NCBI GenBank assembly: GCA_003141895.1
Contig: PLNT01000043.1
Coordinates: 20,813 to 84,812 of the forward strand
Length of the DNA stretch: 64,000 bases
Direction of reading: 5' to 3'
Origin: Bacteroidales bacterium
GTDB lineage: Bacteria > Bacteroidota > Bacteroidia > Bacteroidales > VadinHA17
The translations under genes were made by a program, and so were the position numbers. Positions 8,449 to 17,294 of the stretch are shown here, one piece after another. How positions within the stretch are numbered: position 1 is the stretch's first letter; the number at the start of each line of letters is the position of its first letter. Below the pieces are notes generated by a model that worked only from the letters and a program-made list of their open reading frames with translations, had not been told where the DNA came from and did no database searches.

Positions 8449-9393
8449 ATGGATTATTCAAGGAGAAATTTCATAAAGAAAAGCACTGCAACAGGAGCTG
8501 CAATTTTAGCCGCTCCTGCAGTTTTTGGCAATATTTCTTTGCCAAAGAGACAGAAAGCAGCCGATGCAACGGAACCATTCAAACTGAAATATGCTCCGGG
8601 ATTTGGCATGTTTCACGAACATGCTGGTGATGACCTTATCGATAATATCAGGTTTTGTCACGACATGGGCTTCAGAGCAATGTTCGATAATGGTTTGATG
8701 ACGCGGCCCCTTGCCGATCAGACAAAGATAGCCAATGAGATTCATCGGCTGGGGATGGACCTTGGTCCCTTTGTTTTGTATGCTGATTTTTCAGTGACCT
8801 CATTTGTACTTAACAAAGAGGATATCCGACAAATGCTGGTAAGCAAGATGAAAGAAGGGGTGGAGGTTGCTAAACGGACAGGTGTTAAATGGGCCCTGGT
8901 TGTGCCCGGCAGGTACGATGAAAGACTCCCTCGCGATTATCAGACAGCAAACGTGATTGACAACCTAAGATATTGCTGTGATATTATGGAACCTGCCGGC
9001 CTGACAATTGTACTTGAGCCATTGAATACTATTCACGATCATCCAGGGTTATTCCTTAACGGAATACCACAGGCTTATGCAATTTGCAGAGCAGTTAACA
9101 GGCCAGTTTGTAAGATTGTTGACGATATTTATCATCAGCAGATTACTGAAGGGAACCTGATTCCAAATATTGAAGCTGCCTGGAGTGAGATTGCTGCTTT
9201 CCATCTGGGTGATAACCCGGGAAGAAATGAACCGACAACCGGGGAAATCAACTTCAAAAATGTTTTCAAATATATCTACAGCCGTAAATATGATGGTGTA
9301 CTGTGTATGGAACATGGAAACCACGATAAAGGTAAAGAGGGAGAACAAAAGGTAATTCAGGCATACCGCGAATGCGATAGCTTTGAAATATAG
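8449..9393 (+). CDS. Tat-exported xylose-isomerase-like TIM-barrel protein (hydroxypyruvate isomerase-like sugar phosphate isomerase/epimerase family)
   Basis: Twin-arginine signal 'SRRNFIKKSTATGAAILAAPA'. Motifs 'LEPLN', 'DDIYHQQITEGNL', 'HLGDNPGRNEPTTGEINF' and 'LCMEH' are Hyi-like metal-site motifs. Confidence 0.8.
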   Translation: MDYSRRNFIKKSTATGAAILAAPAVFGNISLPKRQKAADATEPFKLKYAPGFGMFHEHAGDDLIDNIRFCHDMGFRAMFDNGLMTRPLADQTKIANEIHRLGMDLGPFVLYADFSVTSFVLNKEDIRQMLVSKMKEGVEVAKRTGVKWALVVPGRYDERLPRDYQTANVIDNLRYCCDIMEPAGLTIVLEPLNTIHDHPGLFLNGIPQAYAICRAVNRPVCKIVDDIYHQQITEGNLIPNIEAAWSEIAAFHLGDNPGRNEPTTGEINFKNVFKYIYSRKYDGVLCMEHGNHDKGKEGEQKVIQAYRECDSFEI

Positions 9394-9397
9394 TTAA

Positions 9398-9502
9398 ACC
9401 TCACCCCAACCCCTCTCCCAAGGGAGAGGGGCTTAAAATTATTTACGGGCTTTGTCCTTTTACTCCCCTTCTCCCCTGGGAGAAGGGGTAGGGGGATGAG
9501 GT
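9398..9502 (+). repeat. Family A-like element with the same architecture but different sequence
   Basis: The outer stem pairs ACCTCAcCCC with GGGGGATGAGGT. It encloses two perfect 10-bp hairpins, CCCCTCTCCC-AA-GGGAGAGGGG (9410-9431) and CCCCTTCTCC-cctg-GGAGAAGGGG (9465-9488). It starts 4 nt after the upstream stop codon. Confidence 0.75.
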
Positions 9503-9533
9503 AAATGATATATGGTTAATAAATACTCTTCTT

Positions 9534-10637
9534 ATGAAAAAATTCTTATTCCCAGTCCTTGTATCTGTTCTTATTATTACGACATCAGTATCATCTTTCA
9601 GCCAGCCAATAAGATTATTTGCCGGCAGATATACCGACAGCGGAGGGAAGGGACTGTATCTCTTTGATTTAAACCGTGAATCCGGAACTTTTAAAGAGTT
9701 ATCTGAGGCGGAAGCCGGTCCAAACCCATCATATTTCTGTCTTTCAAAAAAGAAAGGGTTGATTTACGCTGCAAATGAGGTTATGGAATTCAATGGTGTC
9801 AACGGCGGAGGTGTAACTGCATTAAAATATGACCCGAAAAATGGAAGTATTGAAAAGATCAAAGATTTATTAGTGCCTGATGGCGGACCCTGTTTTATAT
9901 CGATAACACCAGATGAAAGCTATTTATTACTGGCCAATTATTCAAGCAGTTCAATTTCTGTTGTAAAGTTAGACGCCGATGGAATTCCAGACAGTGTTAC
10001 TGATAAAATAGCGTTCCCTGAAAATGACGGAAAGGTTTCTCATCCTCATATGATTTCTTTTGGTCCGTCAGGGAAAGTTTATCTGACTGATCTTGGGCTT
10101 GACAGGATTGTGATCTATGATTTTGATAATGGGACAGGGAAACTAAGCCAAAGTGGCATTATCAACTTTCCGAAAGGAACAGGCCCACGACATTTTGTAT
10201 TTAATTCCAGCGGAACAAAAATGTACGTTATCTGTGAGCTTAATTCAACAATATCGGCCCTGGATGTTGATAAAGATGGTGGGTTAAAATTAATTCAGAC
10301 TCTGTCAGCTCTTGCGGAAGATTTTAAAGGTGAAAGTAATTGTGGTGACATTCACCTGGGCAACAACAAGCAGTATCTTTACGGATCAAACAGGGGTGAA
10401 AACACAATTGTTGTATTCAAAATTGAAACTGACGGGAAATTGAAACTTGCCGGAAGAACTTCATGCGGAGGTGTCTGGCCAAGAAATTTCGTTATCGATC
10501 CGTCTGGAAAATATCTTCTTACAGCAAATCAGAAATCCGGGAATATTGTTCTCTACAAAATCGATTCGAAAAGCGGCCTTCCTGTTGCGACTTCAAAAGA
10601 GTTTAAAATTGATTCACCTGTTTGCCTGAAATTTTAG
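9534..10637 (+). CDS. secreted 7-bladed beta-propeller lactonase (Pgl/YbhE-type 6-phosphogluconolactonase family)
   Basis: Signal peptide. Repeated blade motifs and 'GPRHFVFNSSGTKMYVICELNSTISALDVD' and 'PRNFVIDPSGKYLLTANQKSGNIVLYKID' are typical of this lactonase family. Confidence 0.8.
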   Translation: MKKFLFPVLVSVLIITTSVSSFSQPIRLFAGRYTDSGGKGLYLFDLNRESGTFKELSEAEAGPNPSYFCLSKKKGLIYAANEVMEFNGVNGGGVTALKYDPKNGSIEKIKDLLVPDGGPCFISITPDESYLLLANYSSSSISVVKLDADGIPDSVTDKIAFPENDGKVSHPHMISFGPSGKVYLTDLGLDRIVIYDFDNGTGKLSQSGIINFPKGTGPRHFVFNSSGTKMYVICELNSTISALDVDKDGGLKLIQTLSALAEDFKGESNCGDIHLGNNKQYLYGSNRGENTIVVFKIETDGKLKLAGRTSCGGVWPRNFVIDPSGKYLLTANQKSGNIVLYKIDSKSGLPVATSKEFKIDSPVCLKF

Positions 10638-10661
10638 TATACTTGTTTTAAACCAAGGCTC

Positions 10662-10785
10662 CGCTCGGAATGACATTTACTGAGGCTTAGCGTAGTTAGA
10701 GGAAGGAAGGAGCATTGAGTCGCGCACGCGATTCAATGCTCCTTCCTTCCTACGTCCAAATAAAAATGACGTGTCATTCCGAGCG
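10662..10785. repeat. Family C nested palindromic element, copy 1
   Basis: The outer inverted repeat pairs CGCTCGGAATGACA (10662-10675) with TGTCATTCCGAGCG (10772-10785). The central ~24-bp hairpin GGAAGGAAGGAGCATTGAGTCGCG / CGCGATTCAATGCTCCTTCCTTCC spans 10701-10750. Confidence 0.8.
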
Positions 10786-10918
10786 AAGCGAGGAATCCCC
10801 TAATCTTATTAATTGTTTGAAAGAAAAAATTTCTTTGTGATACTTTGTGCCTTTGTGCTTGGTGGCAATGTTCTTGTTTCTCAATTAATGTATATTTGCC
10901 CGGATTTAATAAAAAATT

Positions 10919-12139
10919 ATGAAAAATCATTCCCGATATTATTTTGAAATTATTGCCCTGTTTCTTGTTTCCCTGATTCTGCTGTCTGGCTTCAGGAAAG
11001 ATACCAGGAAACCTTATAAAAACTATGTACTTCTTGTTTCGCTTGATGCATTCCGTTGGGATTACAGTAAAATTTATAATACACCGAACCTTAATAAAAT
11101 TGCAAAGGAAGGTGTGAAAGCTGAAAGAATGTATCCATCGTTTCCCACAGTCACATTTCCAAATCATTATTCAATTGCCACTGGTTTATATCCCGATCAC
11201 CATGGATTAATAAATAATAGTTTCCCGGCGCCGGATCTGGGTCTTTTCTACAGAATGGGTGACCGGGCTGCAGTGGAAAATCCCGATTTTTATGGTGGAG
11301 AACCAATTTGGGTGACTGCTGAAAAACAAGGAGCCAGGGCCGCTTCATTTTTTTGGGTAGGATCGGAAGCAAAGCATCCCTCGTACTGGAAAAAGTATGA
11401 TGAATCAGTCACCTTTGAAGCAAGGATCGATACCGTCATCAAATGGCTCGGTTATCCTCAGGAAAAACGTCCTGAACTGGTTACTCTGTATTTTGACGAA
11501 CCCGATGCTACAAGTCATAAATATGGTCCGGTCTCACCCCAGACAGGAAAAATTGTAGAACGTTTGGATAGTCTCATGGGTGTTCTTCGGACAAAACTTT
11601 CTGCATTACCCGAAGCAAAAAAAATTAACCTGATAATATTATCCGATCACGGTATGTCTGCTATATCATCTTCACGGTATGTAAATATAAAATCTCTTGT
11701 GCCCGACAGAATGATTGCTTCTATATCCGGAGGAAATCCTGTATATCTTATTAACCCTGTAAGCGGAAAGAAGGATAGCGTTTTGTTACTTCTCAACAGG
11801 TCAAAAGGATTGAAAGCATGGAGTAAATCACAACTTCCTCTCAAATGGCACTACGGTATAAACCCAAGAATACCGGAAGTTGTTGTTGTTGCTGACAGTT
11901 CATGGAGTATCGGGACAAAACCAGATGGTTCTTCTTTAAGAGGGGGTGCTCATGGTTATGATAATTCAAATTCTGATATGTTTTCAATTTTCTATGCAAC
12001 CGGACCTTCATTCAAAAAAAAATATTCTTTTAAAGAGTTGAATAATATTGATGTTTATAACCTGATCTGCCAGATACTCAGAATCACTCCAGCAAAAAAT
12101 GATGGTGATCCTGAGCATATAAAGGGAATGTTGAAGTAA
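10919..12139 (+). CDS. ectonucleotide pyrophosphatase/phosphodiesterase (NPP, alkaline phosphatase superfamily)
   Basis: 'SFPTVTFPNHYSIATGLYPDHHGLINN', 'YFDEPDATSHKYGP' and 'LSDHGM' are hallmark NPP metal and nucleophile motifs. There is an N-terminal TM or signal segment. Confidence 0.85.
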   Translation: MKNHSRYYFEIIALFLVSLILLSGFRKDTRKPYKNYVLLVSLDAFRWDYSKIYNTPNLNKIAKEGVKAERMYPSFPTVTFPNHYSIATGLYPDHHGLINNSFPAPDLGLFYRMGDRAAVENPDFYGGEPIWVTAEKQGARAASFFWVGSEAKHPSYWKKYDESVTFEARIDTVIKWLGYPQEKRPELVTLYFDEPDATSHKYGPVSPQTGKIVERLDSLMGVLRTKLSALPEAKKINLIILSDHGMSAISSSRYVNIKSLVPDRMIASISGGNPVYLINPVSGKKDSVLLLLNRSKGLKAWSKSQLPLKWHYGINPRIPEVVVVADSSWSIGTKPDGSSLRGGAHGYDNSNSDMFSIFYATGPSFKKKYSFKELNNIDVYNLICQILRITPAKNDGDPEHIKGMLK

Positions 12140-12146
12140 ATTCTTT

Positions 12147-12302
12147 TTAACCACAAAGCATGACCCCCTGCCGCTGAGCGGTTGTACCCTTTCCTCATCA
12201 GGCTCGGAAGGGGGACTAATTCGGTATACTTGATGAAATTATTGATTGACTGATAATTTACCCCCATTTAGTGGGAAGGGGGGGCGTGACCTTTGCGGTT
12301 AA
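12147..12302. repeat. Family B GC-rich element bounded by 12-bp terminal inverted repeats (MITE-like)
   Basis: TTAACCaCAAAG (12147-12158) pairs with CTTTGCGGTTAA (12291-12302), matching 11 of 12 positions. The interior contains GGGGGACTAATTCGG (12210-12224), which is also found at 57216 (+) and 59880 (-). The 19-mer CTTTGCGGTTAATTGTTTT is repeated at 59958. Confidence 0.7.
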
Positions 12303-12402
12303 TTGTTTTTTTCTTTCTGTAGTTTTTCTGAGCCGTCCTTCGGATTCTATTTGTAAATCGGAAATTTCTCCGTATAATTATTATCAAAATCTTTCCATTT
12401 TT

Positions 12403-13956
12403 ATGAACCGCCATAATTTTGTTGAAGAATTAGTAAAAAAATCAGATTCAGTCTGGGATCTTATAATAATAGGAGGAGGAGCCACCGGTCTGGGAATAGC
12501 TCACGATAGTGCGTCGCGGGGCTACACCACACTATTACTGGAACAATCTGATTTCGCTAAAGCCACTTCATCGAGAAGTACCAAATTGGTTCATGGCGGA
12601 GTTAGATATATGGCCCAGGGCGATCTTTTATTGGTTATGGAAGCATTGCATGAACGAGGATTATTGCTAAAAAATGCACCTCATCTTACTTTTAATCAGG
12701 AATTCGTTATTCCTGTTTATACCTGGTGGGATGTTTGCAAATATACTGCCGGACTTAAATTTTATGATCTCCTGTCAGGCCGCTTGAGTATGGGGAAATC
12801 GTATTATATCGGCAGGGAAAAGACTATGAGTCGATTACCACTTTTAAAGTCCGATAGACTGAAAGGAGGAGTTGTATACCATGATGGACAATTTGACGAT
12901 TCACGCCTGGCTTTTGCCCTGGCGCAGTCGAGTGCTGATAAAGGCGCTATTGTCCTCAATTATTTTCAGGTTATAAGTCTTCTCAAGGACAACCAGGGTA
13001 AAATTAATGGCCTGACTGCAAGAGATAATGTCTCAGGGAAAGAACATGTTTTAAAAGCTAATCTGGTAATTAACGCTACTGGCGTATTTGCTGACTCGGT
13101 TGCCAGAATGGATAACCCTGAAGCAAAACCAACACTCAGACCAAGTCAGGGGGTTCATATTGTACTCAACAGGTCCTTCCTTCAAAGCGATTCAGCCATT
13201 ATGATACCTAAAACAGATGATGGGAGAGTTTTATTTGCTATTCCATGGTATAATGAAGTTGTAATTGGTACAACAGATACTCCGCTTGAAAATATAAGTC
13301 TTGAACCCATTGCTCTGGAGAAGGAAATCGATTTCATTTTGCAGACGGCAGGGAGATACCTGATCAAGCCTCTTTGCCGGACAGATATTCTGAGCATATT
13401 TGCCGGGTTAAGGCCTCTGGCTGCTAACAGTAAAAATCCTTCTTCAACAAAAGAAGTATCCCGAAGGCATAAAATCACATTATCATCCTCAGGACTTCTG
13501 ACAATTATCGGGGGCAAATGGACCACCTACCGCCTGATGGCTGAGGAGATATTAAACAGAGCGATTAAGTCTGGTTTACTTCCCAGTGCCAAATGTATCA
13601 CTTCGGATCTTAAACTAACTAAAAATGGTGTTGAATCTGGGAGGTTACGCATTTATGGAGATGATTTCATTGAGATCAAAAAAATTTTAACTGACAATCC
13701 AGCTTTTGGAATACCTCTTAATCCCGATTTGCCATATACCAGAGCTGAGATTCTTTGGATCTGCAGAAACGAAATGCCAATACATATCGATGATGTTCTT
13801 GCTCGCCGCACCCGGTCCTTGTTTCTGAATGCAAAAGCTAGCGCTTCCATTGCACCAGAAGTAGCGGAAATAATGGCAACTGAATTAGGGTATGACAAGG
13901 AGTGGCAGAAGGAAGAGATAAAATCATACAATGAACTTGTGAAAAACTATTTATAG
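12403..13956 (+). CDS. glpD: FAD-dependent glycerol-3-phosphate dehydrogenase
   Basis: '[22 protein letters not shown]' FAD fold plus 'KLVHGGVRY'. It sits directly upstream of glpK. I chose the ATG at 12403 because the track's GTG at 12271 lies inside the repeat element. Confidence 0.85.
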   Translation: MNRHNFVEELVKKSDSVWDLIIIGGGATGLGIAHDSASRGYTTLLLEQSDFAKATSSRSTKLVHGGVRYMAQGDLLLVMEALHERGLLLKNAPHLTFNQEFVIPVYTWWDVCKYTAGLKFYDLLSGRLSMGKSYYIGREKTMSRLPLLKSDRLKGGVVYHDGQFDDSRLAFALAQSSADKGAIVLNYFQVISLLKDNQGKINGLTARDNVSGKEHVLKANLVINATGVFADSVARMDNPEAKPTLRPSQGVHIVLNRSFLQSDSAIMIPKTDDGRVLFAIPWYNEVVIGTTDTPLENISLEPIALEKEIDFILQTAGRYLIKPLCRTDILSIFAGLRPLAANSKNPSSTKEVSRRHKITLSSSGLLTIIGGKWTTYRLMAEEILNRAIKSGLLPSAKCITSDLKLTKNGVESGRLRIYGDDFIEIKKILTDNPAFGIPLNPDLPYTRAEILWICRNEMPIHIDDVLARRTRSLFLNAKASASIAPEVAEIMATELGYDKEWQKEEIKSYNELVKNYL

Positions 13957-13958
13957 AT

Positions 13959-15455
13959 ATGAAAGAATTCATTTTAGCCTTCGATCAGGGAACAACAAGT
14001 TCGCGCGCAATAGTGTTTAACCGGGATGGGATCCCTGAAGCATCTTCACAAAAGGAATTTACACAGTTTTACCCAAAACCCGGTTGGGTTGAACATGACC
14101 CGGAAGAAATATGGTCAACTCAGGCCGGAGTAGCGCTCGAGGCGATTACCAGGGCCGGACTGGAAAGTAAAAACATAGCTGCTATTGGTATCACGAACCA
14201 GCGTGAGACAACGATTGTATGGAACAGGAAGACAGGCAAGCCTGTTTATAATGCAATCGTATGGCAGGACAGACGAACTGCTGATTTTTGTGATCAGCTG
14301 AAGATTAATGGTCAGAGTCGTACTATACTTGAAAAAACAGGTCTGATAATCGATGCTTATTTTTCTGCAACGAAAATAAGATGGATACTCGATAATGTTA
14401 AGGACGCACGAAAGCTTGCAAACGAGGGACAGTTGGCATTTGGAACCGTTGATTCATGGCTCATATGGAATCTTACAAAGGGGGAATTGCATATAACTGA
14501 TGTGTCTAATGCATCAAGGACTATGTTGTTTAATATTCATACTCTTAAATGGGATGAAGAATTACTTAAAATATTTGATATCCCGTTTTCAATGCTTCCT
14601 GATGTAAGATCTTCAAGCGAGGTATATGGAAAAACAGAAGGTTTATTTGCCACATCTATACCTGTGGCGGGTATAGCAGGTGATCAGCAGGCTGCCCTTT
14701 TCGGACAGATGTGTATTGAACCCGGAATGGTTAAAAATACCTATGGAACCGGATGTTTTATGATGATGAATATTGGGAGCAAACCAATAGAATCAAAAAG
14801 CAGACTGCTGACTACTGTGGCCTGGAGAATCGGTAATGATACACAATATGCACTTGAAGGCAGCATCTTTATTGCCGGTGCAGTTGTTCAGTGGCTCAGA
14901 GATGGCTTGGGAATAATCAAAAAATCGGGAGATGTGGAAAAACTTGCTTCCAGGGTAAAAGACAGCGAAGGTGTTTATTTTGTGCCGGCTTTTGCGGGAC
15001 TTGGTGCTCCATACTGGAATCAGCATGCCCGGGGAACTCTGGTTGGCATCACACGGGGTTCTACCTCCGCGCATATTGCCCGTTCAGCCCTCGACAGTAT
15101 AGCTTTTCAGACACTCGAAGTTCTTCTGGCAATGCAAAAAGACTCGGGGATCAATATACGCGAATTACGTGTGGATGGAGGGGCAACTGTAAATAACAGC
15201 CTTATGCAGTTTCAGTCTGATTTATTACAGGCCAGGGTGGTACGGCCAAAGATTACTGAAACAACTGCTCTTGGAGCGGCCTATCTTGCAGGTCTTGCTG
15301 TAAATTATTGGGCAAGTATAAAGGAGATAGGGAAACAATGGCAGGTCGATCAGGTATTCTCGCCTCAGATGAAAGCGGATGAGACACTTTCCTTGATCAA
15401 AGGTTGGCATAGGGCTGTCAGAGCTGCGGAAGCCTGGGCAGATGATTCAAAATAA
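13959..15455 (+). CDS. glpK: glycerol kinase
   Basis: '[16 protein letters not shown]', '[12 protein letters not shown]' and 'NTYGTGCF' are canonical GlpK motifs. 498 aa. Confidence 0.95.
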   Translation: MKEFILAFDQGTTSSRAIVFNRDGIPEASSQKEFTQFYPKPGWVEHDPEEIWSTQAGVALEAITRAGLESKNIAAIGITNQRETTIVWNRKTGKPVYNAIVWQDRRTADFCDQLKINGQSRTILEKTGLIIDAYFSATKIRWILDNVKDARKLANEGQLAFGTVDSWLIWNLTKGELHITDVSNASRTMLFNIHTLKWDEELLKIFDIPFSMLPDVRSSSEVYGKTEGLFATSIPVAGIAGDQQAALFGQMCIEPGMVKNTYGTGCFMMMNIGSKPIESKSRLLTTVAWRIGNDTQYALEGSIFIAGAVVQWLRDGLGIIKKSGDVEKLASRVKDSEGVYFVPAFAGLGAPYWNQHARGTLVGITRGSTSAHIARSALDSIAFQTLEVLLAMQKDSGINIRELRVDGGATVNNSLMQFQSDLLQARVVRPKITETTALGAAYLAGLAVNYWASIKEIGKQWQVDQVFSPQMKADETLSLIKGWHRAVRAAEAWADDSK

Positions 15456-15463
15456 GTAATGGC

Positions 15464-15543
15464 TACCCTCTTCCCGGCCTTCCCCCAAGGGGGAAGGAGT
15501 AGCGCTATCATTTCCCCCTTGGGGGAAATAAGAAAGGGGGTAA
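15464..15543 (+). repeat. Family A GC-rich structured intergenic element, copy 3
   Basis: Both inner hairpins are identical to the other copies. The outer left arm is slightly degenerate (TACCCTCTT). It starts 8 nt after the glpK stop codon. Confidence 0.8.
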
Positions 15544-15649
15544 AAAAAATAAGATAATGAGATTCCTAATTTGATCGTAAATTCATGCTTTTTAGGCACT
15601 TAACAATAAAGGAAAATAATTTTTATAGCTAATTTAATAATTAGATGAC

Positions 15650-16366
15650 ATGAATGCATTTTTTGCTGAATTTTTCGGAACTGCTATTATCATTGTTTTC
15701 GGAGGAGGAGTTGTTGCAAACGTACTTCTTGATAAAACCAAAGGAAACAACAGCGGCTGGATCGTAATATCTTTCGGATGGGCCGTTGGTGTCTTTACCG
15801 GGGTATTAATCGCCGCACCATACAGCGGGGCTCATTTGAATCCTGCCGTAACTCTGGCGCTGGTACTCGCTAAGAAGTTTTCAGTTAATCTTATGCCGAT
15901 GTATATTTCAGCCCAGCTACTCGGTGCAATGTTTGGTGCTTTGCTAGTATGGCTCGCATATAAAAAGCATTTTGATGCCACAGAAAATGCTGATAGTAAA
16001 CTAGCAGTTTTCGTTACTTCTCCGAATATTAGAAGCTATTGGTACAATATCATAACTGAAGCCATTGGAACCTATGTATTGGCTCTCGCGGTACTTTATA
16101 TGGCTAAACCTGATGTCGGGTTAGGAGCATTGAATGCCCTTCCTGTTGCGATTGTTGTTCTTGGACTCGGACTATCAATCGGCGGACCGACCGGCTATGC
16201 TATAAATCCTGCACGAGATCTGGGTCCAAGAATAATTCATTTTCTGCTCCCGATTCCAGGGAAACGCGATAGTGACTGGAAGTACTGCTGGGTTCCTATT
16301 CTTGGCCCGTTTCTTGGAGCGGCACTTGCTGCAGGAATGTTTTTGATTTTTAATGGAATCAAGTAG
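15650..16366 (+). CDS. glpF: glycerol uptake facilitator (MIP/aquaglyceroporin)
   Basis: Two NPA boxes, 'GAHLNPAVT' and 'YAINPARDLGPR'. 238 aa. It lies next to glpK. Confidence 0.9.
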   Translation: MNAFFAEFFGTAIIIVFGGGVVANVLLDKTKGNNSGWIVISFGWAVGVFTGVLIAAPYSGAHLNPAVTLALVLAKKFSVNLMPMYISAQLLGAMFGALLVWLAYKKHFDATENADSKLAVFVTSPNIRSYWYNIITEAIGTYVLALAVLYMAKPDVGLGALNALPVAIVVLGLGLSIGGPTGYAINPARDLGPRIIHFLLPIPGKRDSDWKYCWVPILGPFLGAALAAGMFLIFNGIK

Positions 16367-16635
16367 GATTTAATAGAATCTTGTCAATACTTATCCCTGG
16401 TCTCTTTCACGGAAATGCACTTCTTTCTGCAAAAAGGGAAACATATTTCTTTTACTGAACCATATTATTTAATTTAGCTTTACTTTAAGTATATCAGAAA
16501 TGAATGTGAGCATTCATGGTATCAGAGAATACTTTAAAAGCCTTTTAATATATCTGTGGCAGGAGCTTAGAACATGGATAAACAAAAATCAAAAAATATT
16601 GTTAAATAATAAAACATCTGTTAAAAATTATAGCT

Positions 16636-17172
16636 ATGAAGAAACTTTTACTTGTATTGCTCGTTGCTGTTTTTTCACTAACACAACTTATTGCTCAGGA
16701 ATCTACTTTTAAAAAGGGAGACAACGTAGTTAATCTGGGTATCGGATTTGGCTCGACTTATTATAGCAGTCTCTACACATCCCGTGCTCCTGCATTATCA
16801 GTTTCATTTGAAACAAATATAAAGGATGGAATTCTCGACAAAGGATCGATAGGAGTTGGAGGTTATCTTGGTTATTCTTCGGCTTCATATTCAGACCACT
16901 GGAAAACTTCCAGCGTCGTAATTGGAGCAAGAGGGAGTTTTCATTATCCTCTTGTAAATAAGCTTGATACCTATACAGGACTATTACTTGGGTATAATAT
17001 TTACAGCTTTACATATGAATCCGGTTATAGAGGTTCTGCAGGAACTTCCAGCGGTTTTATTCTTGCATGGTTCGCTGGTGCAAGATACTATTTCACCGAC
17101 AAATTTGCTGTGATGGGAGAAATTGGCTATGGAATTTCTTACCTTACTTTAGGTGTTTCTTTTAAGTTTTAA
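16636..17172 (+). CDS. small outer-membrane beta-barrel protein (hypothetical)
   Basis: Signal peptide 'MKKLLLVLLVAVFSLTQLIAQ', alternating aromatic and Gly-rich strands, and a C-terminal '...GVSFKF'. Confidence 0.55.
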   Translation: MKKLLLVLLVAVFSLTQLIAQESTFKKGDNVVNLGIGFGSTYYSSLYTSRAPALSVSFETNIKDGILDKGSIGVGGYLGYSSASYSDHWKTSSVVIGARGSFHYPLVNKLDTYTGLLLGYNIYSFTYESGYRGSAGTSSGFILAWFAGARYYFTDKFAVMGEIGYGISYLTLGVSFKF

Positions 17173-17294
17173 AATGAAGTATAATTAACCGAAAATTGCT
17201 AAAGCAATCCAAATCAAAGATTCCTTTTTTTATTGAATTCTGTTCATTATAATGGAAATCCAAAAACTCGATTATCTTTAATGAAAAAATTGTT

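Noticed and set aside
10733-11167. 144-aa minus-strand ORF overlapping the NPP gene start
   Set aside because: Its C-terminal part is the translation of the Family C palindrome, and the rest is antisense to a strongly supported NPP gene.
12271-12402. GTG-initiated 44-aa N-terminal extension of glpD
   Set aside because: The GTG lies inside the Family B repeat. The extension precedes the FAD-binding N-terminus, which normally starts within ~20 aa of Met1. The ATG at 12403 is the better start.
16500-16712. 70-aa ORF upstream of and overlapping the small OMP gene
   Set aside because: It overlaps the signal-peptide-bearing start of the better-supported 16636 ORF in another frame. It is AT-rich and low-complexity.
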